NCBI GenBank assembly: GCA_965217585.1
Contig: OZ244561.1
Location: forward strand, 1,536,001-1,600,000
Direction of reading: 5' to 3'
From: Candidatus Latescibacterota bacterium
GTDB taxonomy: Bacteria; Latescibacterota; UBA2968; UBA8231
DNA length: 64,000 nucleotides
Numbering within the stretch: the first letter of the stretch is position 1; each line of letters starts with the position of its first letter. The notes below the pieces were generated by a model, which saw only the letters and a list, made by a program, of their open reading frames with translations, was not told the origin of the DNA and did no database searches. The translations under genes were made by a program, and so were the position numbers. Of this stretch, positions 39,501 to 47,901 are shown one piece after another.

Positions 39501-39769
39501 CCGGCACCTTTCTGATTCCGGCGGTTGACGGCAGCCTGTTTGTGGATGTGGGCATGGCTTGGGACAAGGGCGACGAAATCGACCTGTGGCCCTTCCACAA
39601 TCCACACGCCCCACCCGCGTCCTCCCCGCGGCAGGTACACGCCAGCGTCGGTTTCGGCCTCTTAATGTACTTCTTGCTGCCGATGAACTTTGAATTCGCC
39701 AAGCAGATGGACCTACAAGGCAACTTCTCGGACTTCAAGTTCCACTTCAGCTTTGGACGGAGCTTTTGA
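36581..39769 (+). CDS. Zn-peptidase + PD40/TolB beta-propeller + Omp85 barrel protein
   Basis: FGKNKV, HELTH...WLMEGMAEY, repeated WSPDG, LRGY, and C-terminal FSFGRSF. Confidence 0.85.
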   Translation: MNVQAITRFRSLACAALLAWGTADLGAQDILTLQLQQGFGKNKVRYRDFQWEILESEHIELHFEPEFQNLAVQAIESLEEGYDHISQILHHELSHRPPVVIYQSHYQFQQTNIFPDFLPPGVAGFAEPLRFRMVVPFAGDLDEFRNVLVHELTHIFQYDIVHKGPIRRITSPIVQPPTWLMEGMAEYTTPGRNTVDEMVLRDAVLTDGLIPVETMNQAWGQGNVFLAYKQSHALMEYIAQQYGPEKISRILRLWDSQHDTDKLMDRLIGMDLKTLDERWSAQMRKTYWPLLQTRDYTSEFAEEIGDDENIHSFSSACWSLSGDMLAVHSSDGIEQHVDIIRLRDASLVERVTESMRAADYDHLSIGSGTVAWAQDGQTIAFVAKEGPRDRIMLWDLYDKELVETLTMPDMDLVESLTWAPDSRQLAFIGTGQGQSDLYIIDVQSGERRQLTGTPEREDYPSWSPDGQHIAFSTKYRNQFDIKIYDLTEGMAHAAISSPTDDLWPQWLPEGNKLLFVSTRDKINDLFVYHLDEGREFRLTRSLSGIMNPALSPDGRQIVFNTYFKGRSHLYRMAMPEWPEVKRKDAQLLARVAEAAPPAEAAPPAEVAPPAAEEPAPETPPARPVVLGDATLSDQGGIPNLGQVSALKDQGLSDDAVLLAGASGPLPPTESQEPQAPVQLAAADDDDGELELRRRRYTPKLEFDGISVQMGYFDGFLSSVAQLSMSDLLGNHSLILATDYVAAQDISNDFNFAASYNYYGKRPTYRVSIFNWNQYFFNDRNFIVPGRPPTRGTSRVQQRGALANASYPLDLYRRLDLSYTYVGEQEEQVHPFYEADSTATSTHLFKTAYVHDSITYGLLGATAGKRYFLSVGRTLDLGSATRSFSHLEFDYRHYLRLGRWSVLGLRAYSVGSLGRDALEYNLGGPTWYLPFYTGFNLNTGPLRGYQFSAFTGSRVLLTNAELRVPFVRGILFGWPGTFLIPAVDGSLFVDVGMAWDKGDEIDLWPFHNPHAPPASSPRQVHASVGFGLLMYFLLPMNFEFAKQMDLQGNFSDFKFHFSFGRSF
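38354..38407 (+). repeat. 18-bp tandem repeat x3 (AEAAPP linker)
   Basis: GCCGAAGCAGCGCCGCCA x2 plus one variant copy. Confidence 0.85.
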
Positions 39770-40455
39770 TCCGCGCTACTGCCCTTGCACTGCTTATTGG
39801 CCTAGCGGGCTGCAGCGGCCGCGGAGCTTTCACGCGAGTGGAATTCCGCGCCCCGTCGCAACCCGACCCGGTCTTGCGCCCCTTCCTCGCTGAAGTCGAT
39901 CACATCGGCGTCGTTTGCGCGACCAACATCGAACCCTTCCGAGAGCTAGACATCGAGAAGGTCCTGGCGCGTCTGTCCAACGCCGTGGTCCGGAGCCTCG
40001 GCAACATGCCCAAGACCGAGGTGATGAACCAAGACGAAATCACCTACAAGCTCAAGGATATTCGCCTCGACTCGACGAGCGTCCACCAAGACTCGATACA
40101 GGCCGTTCTCAGGGAAGAACTCGAGCTCGACGCCTTAGTCTTCGTCGAGCTGAGGCACTTACAGGCGCGGATGATGCCCATGTCGCCCACGCCCTACGGC
40201 ATGTCGCCCAACCCCGGCATAGACCTGACGATAGATCTCAAGGTCAGCCTGATCAACCTCAACACCCACCAAGTCTGGCAACAGGGGGGCACGCAGCGCA
40301 ACTACCAGCCGGTGCAACTACAGCTCTTCGGCGGCAATAAACAAGGCGAGCGCCAACTGCTCATGGCCCTCGCCCGCCCGCTGCAACGCTTCCTCTTCCG
40401 CATCGCCCCGCCGCCCAAGCCGCAGGCCCGCCACTTTGATCTAAGCGGCGACTAA
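39766..40455 (+). CDS. Hypothetical lipoprotein
   Basis: LAGC lipobox; 4-nt overlap with the upstream gene. Confidence 0.75.
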   Translation: MIRATALALLIGLAGCSGRGAFTRVEFRAPSQPDPVLRPFLAEVDHIGVVCATNIEPFRELDIEKVLARLSNAVVRSLGNMPKTEVMNQDEITYKLKDIRLDSTSVHQDSIQAVLREELELDALVFVELRHLQARMMPMSPTPYGMSPNPGIDLTIDLKVSLINLNTHQVWQQGGTQRNYQPVQLQLFGGNKQGERQLLMALARPLQRFLFRIAPPPKPQARHFDLSGD

Positions 40456-40497
40456 CAAAAGAAGCGGAGAGCCTTTCGTGGCCCTCCGCTTCTTTTG
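40456..40497. terminator. Bidirectional intrinsic terminator
   Basis: CAAAAGAAGCGGAG...CTCCGCTTCTTTTG between convergent genes. Confidence 0.85.
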
Positions 40498-40513
40498 CGT
40501 CTCTATCGAAAAA

Positions 40514-41227
40514 TCAGCGCCGTCGCTTCTTGGGCTTGGCCGACTCCTTTGTCGCGGACGATTTGGAGGCTGGTGCCGACGTCGTTGCGGGCGCTTTCGT
40601 CGCTGACGCACTCGGCGGCGAGCTGACCGAGGACCGCGGCGTGGGCGTAGGCGCATTGCGGACCCGAGGTTCTACCCGCCGCTGCCACACTTCTTCTTCG
40701 CGGCGCTGTACTCGGGTAGCCGCTGCGGGGTCGGTAGTCATCGGCGTCGTATTCAGCCGGCTCGCCGCGCGCAAATCGTCGAGCTGGCGCGTGTTGACCA
40801 GTTCATAACCTGGTGGCACATAGTAACCCCCCGAACTCCGATAGTACGGATCGTAGCCATAACTATAGGGCCCATAGCCGCCATAGTAGGGATTGTAGCT
40901 GCCGTAGTAGGAAGGATAGCCATAGCCACCATAGCCACCATAGCCACCATAGCCACCATAGCCACCATAGCCACCGTAGCCACCATAGCCACCATAGCCA
41001 CCGTAGCCACCGCGCACACCCGGATAGCGGTAGAAATCGTCCATGTAGTCGCGGTCGTCGAACTGGCCAATCGTCGGTGCCTCTACATCGCGGCTCTTGG
41101 CGCGGGCCAGATCCTCGTCGTGCAGGTTGGCCACCTCGTACGGGCTGCTGAGCACCGTGTAGCAGCCGCTGGCCATCAGCGCGGTTAGCGACAGGGCCGA
41201 GCACAAAATCAAAGCCTTCGTTTTCAT
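40514..41227 (-). CDS. Lipoprotein with (GGY)10 low-complexity tract and basic tail
   Basis: GAGGAGG SD; ASGC-YT lipobox; Tyr/Gly-rich middle; KPKKRRR end. Confidence 0.75.
   Translation of the reverse strand: MKTKALILCSALSLTALMASGCYTVLSSPYEVANLHDEDLARAKSRDVEAPTIGQFDDRDYMDDFYRYPGVRGGYGGYGGYGGYGGYGGYGGYGGYGGYGGYGYPSYYGSYNPYYGGYGPYSYGYDPYYRSSGGYYVPPGYELVNTRQLDDLRAASRLNTTPMTTDPAAATRVQRREEEVWQRRVEPRVRNAPTPTPRSSVSSPPSASATKAPATTSAPASKSSATKESAKPKKRRR
40921..41010. repeat. 9-bp tandem repeat x10
   Basis: CATAGCCAC / CGTAGCCAC units, in frame (GGY). Confidence 0.9.
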
Positions 41228-41311
41228 GGACTTAACCCTCCTCAAGGGGCGTTAAACTCATCTCTGGACCTGAAATATACACAAACCGGCGACTGAAGCA
41301 AAAAAAGATCC

Positions 41312-42658
41312 CTAAAAGTTGTAGCCCACGCCGACGACGAGGCGATTGATTGCGTAGTCCTCGCTAAGGACGTTGTCTGAGTATTTTTCTACTTGCTTAA
41401 ACGCACCCCACACCCAAGCTATATCTATTTGCATGGCCTCGTCGATCAATATCCCGGCCCCGAGAGTGATAAAGCGCCGGTCTTCCTCAATGTGGATGGG
41501 CGGATCGTCGGAGCCGGGGTCGCGCGGGCCGATAAAGGGAACCGGGTCCACGAAGTAGCCTGCCCTCAGATCCAGCGCGACGACCGGCACCCGGTACTCG
41601 ACGCCGAAGTGGTAGCGCAAGACGTCTCTGTACTGCGTCTCAAACGAGGTGTCAGCGCGCAAGCCATCGTCGTCGGCCCCCTTGTATTCGCTCTGCGACC
41701 ACTCGGCCAAATGCAGGCTGCCAGCCAGCGTCAGGCCCGGCAGGGCCTCGGCCGAAGCGCCCACGCCAAACTCAAAAGGTAGCGCGAGCTGGTACGTGTT
41801 GTTCACCTCTTCGTCCGCGAATTTTTTTACAGTCCCGTCATCGCACTCAATTAAGCCAAGGTCAGCTTCGAGTAAGTCGTCTGGGTTACAGGGATTTATT
41901 TCATCATAGGATACAGGACCGTTAAACTTGTAGCGAATTTTGTGCGTCCCCCCGGTGGCAAACGTCGCGCCCAACCTGTAGCGGGGCTTGTCCCGCGGTG
42001 TGCGCAGCATCGCGCCCAAGACGGCATACGGAGTCCACTGGTATTCGTCTGTAAAGGTGTCGCGCGCGAAATAGCGCTGCCCGTGGAATTTGTCTTGCGA
42101 ATCCGCCCAGTCAAATTCATTGACGGCTTGGTCTTCGCCGCTGACCAAACCCAAGGTCGCACCCAGCGAAACGGCCGGCGACACGTCAATGGCCGCAGAC
42201 ACACCGGCCAAGGCCAACTCGCCCTCGTGCTGGAAGGCGTGATCGGCAGCAAGGCCCTGGTCGTCGCCTTGGCGATTGAGGCTCCAGTCGAAGTCCTTGA
42301 TGCGGGTCAGGCCAGCCGCCAAGACCAAGCTACCGCGATAAACCGGATAGGGATAGACAAAGCCCAGTGAGCCAAAGCGCGTATTGGTCAACTCGCTTCT
42401 CCCCGCAGTGCCGTTGAAAACCGAGTCATTGGCGCGGCTATTGCGCAGGAAAGACACCTGCACCTCGCGATGCTGCATCTGGGCCAAGCCCGCCGGATTC
42501 CAGTACATGGCCGTGAAGTCATCGGCCACCCCAACAAAGGCACCGCCCATACCCATGGCCCGCACCCCGACCCCGGCGAAATTGTCGATGGCCCGCTCCT
42601 CCTGAGCCACTGCGCCACGGCCCCAAACGCAAAGCAAAGCAATAGCCAGTATCTTCAT
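41312..42658 (-). CDS. OmpP1/FadL family outer membrane protein
   Basis: GVRAMGMGGAFVGVADD..AMYWNPAGL, LRAGY, and C-terminal GYNF; start re-called at MKIL. Confidence 0.85.
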   Translation of the reverse strand: MKILAIALLCVWGRGAVAQEERAIDNFAGVGVRAMGMGGAFVGVADDFTAMYWNPAGLAQMQHREVQVSFLRNSRANDSVFNGTAGRSELTNTRFGSLGFVYPYPVYRGSLVLAAGLTRIKDFDWSLNRQGDDQGLAADHAFQHEGELALAGVSAAIDVSPAVSLGATLGLVSGEDQAVNEFDWADSQDKFHGQRYFARDTFTDEYQWTPYAVLGAMLRTPRDKPRYRLGATFATGGTHKIRYKFNGPVSYDEINPCNPDDLLEADLGLIECDDGTVKKFADEEVNNTYQLALPFEFGVGASAEALPGLTLAGSLHLAEWSQSEYKGADDDGLRADTSFETQYRDVLRYHFGVEYRVPVVALDLRAGYFVDPVPFIGPRDPGSDDPPIHIEEDRRFITLGAGILIDEAMQIDIAWVWGAFKQVEKYSDNVLSEDYAINRLVVGVGYNF

Positions 42659-43383
42659 CGGAATTTCCTCCTGTAAGTGACGGACAACTCCCGAATGGAT
42701 TGGGAGCTGAAGTGATCGCTTTCCAGCGCGTTTTTGAGATAGTACGCGACCCTTAGCTGCGGCGATACGGCCCAAGCCCCTCCGACATTCAAATAGCCTC
42801 CTCCCACGCCCTGATTCTGTAGGCCGTTGTTGCGGCCCAAGTCGTACTCGGCGAATAGGGCCATGAACCTCAAACTCTTGTCTATACCAAACCACGCCGA
42901 CCAGTCGCCATCGTCGTCGTCCTCGCGCGACAGATTGGCACCCGCGTGGATGCCGAGTTCCCCAAGCATTGAGGTATAATTCTTGCTCAACACCAAGTAG
43001 ATTCCCTTGGATTTGACTTGGTAGCGCCGGCTTCTATACGGCCCGACGCCTTGAGTATCGAAGCCCAAGAGCAGCGCCGGCCACGTGTAGCCCTCTTCGA
43101 GGATCCGGCATCGAGCGGCCACTCCCACTCGCGGGTACCAATCAACCGCACCCGTACCAATAAGCTGCTCGCCACCAAAAGACACGCCCACGCTCAGACG
43201 CTTGAGCACGCCGACGTGCAAGCGACCGACAGCCCCCCCGTCGGCAAACAGGCGAACATTCACCGCATAGTGGCCTTTGTTGACTAGCCCGGCCGTCGGG
43301 CTATCGACCAAGCTCGTCAACTCGGCTCTGTCGGCCGCTGCCGGTCCAGCGGTAATGCAAAGGCACAGTATCAGCCGCTGCAA
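42655..43383 (-). CDS. Putative outer membrane beta-barrel protein (YjbH-like)
   Basis: Signal peptide, LVDSPTAG, and alternating beta-strand pattern. Confidence 0.65.
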   Translation of the reverse strand: MQRLILCLCITAGPAAADRAELTSLVDSPTAGLVNKGHYAVNVRLFADGGAVGRLHVGVLKRLSVGVSFGGEQLIGTGAVDWYPRVGVAARCRILEEGYTWPALLLGFDTQGVGPYRSRRYQVKSKGIYLVLSKNYTSMLGELGIHAGANLSREDDDDGDWSAWFGIDKSLRFMALFAEYDLGRNNGLQNQGVGGGYLNVGGAWAVSPQLRVAYYLKNALESDHFSSQSIRELSVTYRRKFR

Positions 43384-43407
43384 AGTCCCCTCCCTTTGGC
43401 CAATTTC

Positions 43408-43863
43408 TCAGAACTCTATTTCGTCCACCCCATCCCCTTGCAAAGTAATCCGCCGCTCACAAGCCTCGCCGTGCTCTAGCCATACATGGCAGCACCTATC
43501 GGGCAACGAGCCATCGGCGCGCTCGGCCCACTCGACCAAGCAGACACCACGGCCGTAAAAGTACTCTTCTGCCCCTAATTCCTCAAGCTCGTCAGCGCCC
43601 CCCAGCCTATAGAGATCAAAGTGATAGACGGGCAGATCGCGGCCTCTACATTGCCCGGCGTATTCGTTAATCAGGATAAAAGTCGGGCTCGTGACGTAAT
43701 CGGCCACTTGCAGAGCCTCGCACACGCCTTGGATCATGCAGGTCTTGCCACTGCCCAATTCGCCGCGAAAGGCAACCACATCGCCCGGTGCCAAACGCCG
43801 GCCCAGCGCAGCGCCCAGCGCGTGGGTCTGGGCCGCCGAGTGCGTGGTGAAAACCTTTTTCAC
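43408..43863 (-). CDS. tsaE: tRNA t6A biosynthesis ATPase TsaE
   Basis: GELGSGKT, VTSPTF, YHFDLYRL and VEWAE. Confidence 0.95.
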   Translation of the reverse strand: MKKVFTTHSAAQTHALGAALGRRLAPGDVVAFRGELGSGKTCMIQGVCEALQVADYVTSPTFILINEYAGQCRGRDLPVYHFDLYRLGGADELEELGAEEYFYGRGVCLVEWAERADGSLPDRCCHVWLEHGEACERRITLQGDGVDEIEF

Positions 43864-43868
43864 TTTCC

Positions 43869-45431
43869 CTACTTGGGCTCCATAATCGCCACGGGCAAAA
43901 TCATCTCCTCCAGAGATACGCCGCCGTGCTGAAAGCTGCCCTTGTAGCGGCGTTGGTACTTGTTGAACTGGGTCGGATAGACGAAGTAGAAGTCCTCGCG
44001 GGCGACGACGAAGCTATGACCGAGGCCCGTCGAAGGCAGCCCGTAGGCCTCCGGGTCGGCGATCAGCAGCGCGTCTTTTTCCTCGCAACGGAGATTCTGG
44101 CCATACTTGTAGCGCAGGCTCGAAGACGTGCTGCGGTCCCCGTACACCACCGAAGCGCGCGTGCCGCGCATTGAGCCGTGGTCGGTCGTCAGCACCACAA
44201 CCGCATCGGTCTGGGCAATATTCTTGAGGGTCTCAAAGAGCGACGCATTGCCAAACCACGTCTGCACCAATGCGCGAAAGGCCGCCTCATTAGGTGCCAT
44301 TTCCTTGAGCAGATCCGACTGCGCCTGGCTGTGTACCAGCATGTCGAGGAAATTGTACACCACCGACACGAGCGGCCACTTGCCCAGCGATGGTATCTTG
44401 CGGGTCAATTTCCGCGCCTCACTCGTGTCTAGCACCTTGACGTAGTGCGAACCCGGTTTGAGCGCGATGCCCATGTCGCGGACCAAGTCGTCGATGAATT
44501 GGTGCTCGTGCCGGTTGAGACTGTATTCGTTGTCTTGGGCCTCGCCCCACATGGTGCGGTACTTGTCGGCGATCTCTTTGGGGAACAGCCCGCTGAAAAT
44601 CGCGTTGCGCGCAAAGGGTGTAGCCGTAGGCAAAATCGAGTAGTGGTAGGAACGCTTGATGTTGAAGTACTCGGCCAATTGGGGCTCCATCACCATCCAG
44701 TGATCTAAGCGCAGGCAATCGACCACAACAAAGAATACCTGCCGGCCCTGTTCGAGATAGGGCACCACGAACTCGGGCACCACATCCACTGACAGCGGCG
44801 GCGAATCGCCTTCGTCCGCTATCCAGCGCGTGTAATGCTGCTCGACAAAGCGCCCAAACTCGCGATTGCATTCGCGCCGCTGATCCCCAATCATCTGGCC
44901 GAGACCTGCGTCGCCCAAGCGCTCCACTTCGATGTCCCACTCGCAGAGCTGTCGATGTACGTCAACCCAAGTCTGCCAAGTGCCTGCGCCCGCAATCTGG
45001 TCGCGGATCTGGCCGGCCCTAGAGACGTAGTGCTGCCCGGCTTGGCTTTGGCGAATCTGCCGCGTGTCGAGGAGCTGTTTGCAAGCCATGAAGATCTGGC
45101 TGGGGTTGACCGGCTTTGTCAGGTAGTCGTCAATGCGGCGGCCAATGGCCTCATCCATCAAGTGTTCTTCTTCGTTTTTGGTGATCATAATCACCGGCAC
45201 GTTGGGATCGGCCCTCTTGATCTGTTCCAAGGTCGAAAGCCCGTCCAGCCCCGGCATCATCTCGTCGAGCAGCACGATGTCAAAGGGGGCTTGGGCAATC
45301 AGGGCGATGGCATCCTTGCCGTTGCTCACCGGCGTCACCGCGTAGCCCCTTTCATCGAGAAAGCGCCGGTGAGCACGCAATAGGTCAATCTCGTCGTCGG
45401 CCCAGAGTATCTTTCGCTTATCCCCTTCCAT
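43869..45431 (-). CDS. porX: PorX-like response regulator (REC + PglZ/alkaline phosphatase domain)
   Basis: ILWADDEIDLL, LLDEMMPG, VDCLRLD, SILPTATPFARNAIFSG, TTDHG and FQHGGVSLEEM. Confidence 0.85.
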   Translation of the reverse strand: MEGDKRKILWADDEIDLLRAHRRFLDERGYAVTPVSNGKDAIALIAQAPFDIVLLDEMMPGLDGLSTLEQIKRADPNVPVIMITKNEEEHLMDEAIGRRIDDYLTKPVNPSQIFMACKQLLDTRQIRQSQAGQHYVSRAGQIRDQIAGAGTWQTWVDVHRQLCEWDIEVERLGDAGLGQMIGDQRRECNREFGRFVEQHYTRWIADEGDSPPLSVDVVPEFVVPYLEQGRQVFFVVVDCLRLDHWMVMEPQLAEYFNIKRSYHYSILPTATPFARNAIFSGLFPKEIADKYRTMWGEAQDNEYSLNRHEHQFIDDLVRDMGIALKPGSHYVKVLDTSEARKLTRKIPSLGKWPLVSVVYNFLDMLVHSQAQSDLLKEMAPNEAAFRALVQTWFGNASLFETLKNIAQTDAVVVLTTDHGSMRGTRASVVYGDRSTSSSLRYKYGQNLRCEEKDALLIADPEAYGLPSTGLGHSFVVAREDFYFVYPTQFNKYQRRYKGSFQHGGVSLEEMILPVAIMEPK

Positions 45432-45492
45432 GCGCCGCCTTTATCTGTAAAATGTCATTCTTAATATGACGATCTAAGCCCGCGCCCGTTCC

Positions 45493-47268
45493 TCAACCCA
45501 AGGGCAAAATCACCTCAAAGGTCGTGCCCTCGTCCGGCGCGCTCTGCACCAAGCTGATCTTGCCCTTGTGGTATTCTTCAACGATGCGCTTGACAAACAC
45601 CAGCCCCAGCCCCCAGCCGCGCTTCTTGGTGCTGAACCCCGGCTCGAAGATGCGCTTGACGTACTCGGGTTCAATGCCGCGCCCGTCGTCCTGAAACGCG
45701 ATCTGCACGGCGCGGCCTTCGGGCAAAAGCTCCATGCGGATGCGCAAGCTGCCCGTCTGGCCATCCATGGCGTCGATGGCGTTCTTGCACAGATTCTCAA
45801 AAGCCCAGCTCATCAATTCGGCGTTGATCGGCACCGGAGGCAACTCGCCTAGGCATTCCAGTTCGATTTCCTGCCGCCCGAACTGCGAGACGCGACGCCG
45901 GAAGTACTCGATCGTCTCCTTCAGCACGACGGCTACGTCCTCTTCCTTTAGTTCGGGCACTGAGCCGATCTGGCTGAAGCGCGAGGCAATTTGGTCGAGG
46001 CGGCGCATGTCCTGCTGTATCTCCCCGATCATCTGATCGACGCGTTCCCAACGCTCGTCTCGGTCCGGCCTCGGGGCGGTGGCGACCTCACCGCGCAGCA
46101 GCTCTAGCCACCCGGACAGCGAGGAGAGAGGAGTCCCGAGTTGGTGAGCTGTCTCCTTGGCCATGCCCACCCAGAGCGAGCGCTGTTGGCTGCGCTTGAT
46201 GTTGCGGTAGCCGATATAGCCGACGAGCATAAAGAGGAACAACACGCCGATCTGCACGAAAGGAGCGAGGGAAATGCGGCCGACTAAGCTCGTATCGCCG
46301 TAGTGAATATAGTGCTCGGCCGGGATTCTGAACTCTAGGGGGGCGCGCTGACTGGCCAAGCTATCGACAAAGGCCCGGAGTTGATCTTGGACCGCTTGGG
46401 TGGGGTCATCGCTGGCCGGCGGTAGCCCAGCCCCCACCCAAGCCCTAAATCGGCCCTCAATGTCTGCGATGATCGCGTTGGTCCCGTCCCAATGCAGAGA
46501 GCTGAAGCTAACAGCCGGCACGCTGAAGGGCAGCGGTTGTCCGCCCTCCATCTCCTGCAACGCCCGTTGCACTTCGGCGAGGGCAGTCGCCGAAGTGTCG
46601 CTGTTCACGGGCAGGCCTGTTCCCTGCCAAGCCGCGATAGCCCCTTGCGTATCCGCGATGATGACTCGGCCTCCCTCGCAGTAGAGCCGCCCCAGGGTCT
46701 CTGGCGACCAATAAAAGGAAATAGGCGGATTCTGGAGGTCCATTTCCTCGATCAGCCTGTGTAGCCGAGCGGTCGATACGGCGTGCGCGTCCGCCGCTTC
46801 GCTGCGCCAAAAGGCCCAGTTATCCAAGAAACTCGAAGTATCGATGTCCTCGGCTTGGATGATCTCGCCGCGGTGATTGGTGATGATGCGCGGGAAATCG
46901 ACCTTGGTAATCACCTCGGTAAAGAGGGTGGGAATCTGGCCTTCCGATGCCTGCGGCGTGAACGAGATCAGGTGTGCATAGAGATCGACCCGGTTCTTTT
47001 CGTGTTCGCGCAATTCGGCGATGATCGACTCGTTGTAGAGCAGGAAGGCCAGAATAGCGGCAATGCTGCCGAGAAAGATATACGCACGGAAAACCGGCGA
47101 CGCGCCCAAGCTGGCTAGGGCACCGCGCCGCCAGCGCCGCCAGCCGCCTGTAGGCGACGCGCCCTTTGCCGGCCGATTCCGAGCACTCGGAGGTACCGCG
47201 ATCTCCTCCACTGGAGCCGAGCGGCGGTGGCGGCGGCGCTTGGACGCGGTATGGTCGCGTTGGCTCAT
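45493..47268 (-). CDS. Sensor histidine kinase
   Basis: Two transmembrane helices; H-box ETAHQLGTPL, N-box ENLCKNAIDA, DDGRGI and GWGLGL. Confidence 0.9.
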   Translation of the reverse strand: MSQRDHTASKRRRHRRSAPVEEIAVPPSARNRPAKGASPTGGWRRWRRGALASLGASPVFRAYIFLGSIAAILAFLLYNESIIAELREHEKNRVDLYAHLISFTPQASEGQIPTLFTEVITKVDFPRIITNHRGEIIQAEDIDTSSFLDNWAFWRSEAADAHAVSTARLHRLIEEMDLQNPPISFYWSPETLGRLYCEGGRVIIADTQGAIAAWQGTGLPVNSDTSATALAEVQRALQEMEGGQPLPFSVPAVSFSSLHWDGTNAIIADIEGRFRAWVGAGLPPASDDPTQAVQDQLRAFVDSLASQRAPLEFRIPAEHYIHYGDTSLVGRISLAPFVQIGVLFLFMLVGYIGYRNIKRSQQRSLWVGMAKETAHQLGTPLSSLSGWLELLRGEVATAPRPDRDERWERVDQMIGEIQQDMRRLDQIASRFSQIGSVPELKEEDVAVVLKETIEYFRRRVSQFGRQEIELECLGELPPVPINAELMSWAFENLCKNAIDAMDGQTGSLRIRMELLPEGRAVQIAFQDDGRGIEPEYVKRIFEPGFSTKKRGWGLGLVFVKRIVEEYHKGKISLVQSAPDEGTTFEVILPLG

Positions 47269-47278
47269 CGGCAATAAG

Positions 47279-47317
47279 AAAAAATCCATCGGCAGCACGC
47301 GGTGCAGATGGATTTTT
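47279..47317 (-). terminator. Terminator-like hairpin after bactofilin gene
   Basis: AAAAATCCATC...GATGGATTTTT. Confidence 0.6.
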
Positions 47318-47342
47318 CACGCAAAAACGAGGTGGTAAAGCG

Positions 47343-47798
47343 CTATTTCTTTTGTACTTGGGGTTTAGGCGCGGACGGGAAGGGCTTTGCAGCGTCGCCG
47401 CCTTGGGCACCTGCTGTCGGCGACGCCCCCTTCTTCTCGTGGTTTTCCATCGAACAAGACCCGTGGAAGATCGCGCCCTCGGAGACTGTGAACGAGTCGG
47501 TGTGCACTTCACCGGTAAAGCGCGACTGCGTGTCCAACCGCACCTTATCGGCGCGCACGGTGCCATTCACGACGCCGTCGATGTACGCGTCTTTGCACTG
47601 TAAAGTAGCATCGGCCTCGCCCGACTGGCTGATCGTCAGCTCCCCTGAGCAGGTCAGTTCGCCCTTGAATACGCCGTCTATTCTGACGCTGTTCTCCACC
47701 GTCAGCTTTCCTTCAAAGCAGCTACCGCGGCCGATAATCGTATTGAGCGCTTGGCCGTTGCTAGAAGTGGAACCCCCTTTCTTTTTGCTGCTCAGCAT
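47343..47798 (-). CDS. Bactofilin (polymer-forming cytoskeletal protein)
   Basis: TIIGRG..FEGKL, VRIDG, IDGVVNG and EGAIFHGSCSM; start re-called at MLSS. Confidence 0.9.
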   Translation of the reverse strand: MLSSKKKGGSTSSNGQALNTIIGRGSCFEGKLTVENSVRIDGVFKGELTCSGELTISQSGEADATLQCKDAYIDGVVNGTVRADKVRLDTQSRFTGEVHTDSFTVSEGAIFHGSCSMENHEKKGASPTAGAQGGDAAKPFPSAPKPQVQKK

Positions 47799-47901
47799 TT
47801 CTATCCTAACTTGGTTACGCGTTTTCACGGCTAAGAAGCCGTGATTTTTGGAATATACAATACAATCTATGGTTGGGCGAATCAACGAGCGGCGCGCCGC
47901 T

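Noticed and set aside
40921-41010. Regular repeat considered as a CRISPR array
   Set aside because: 9-bp head-to-tail units without spacers, in frame in a CDS; no cas genes.
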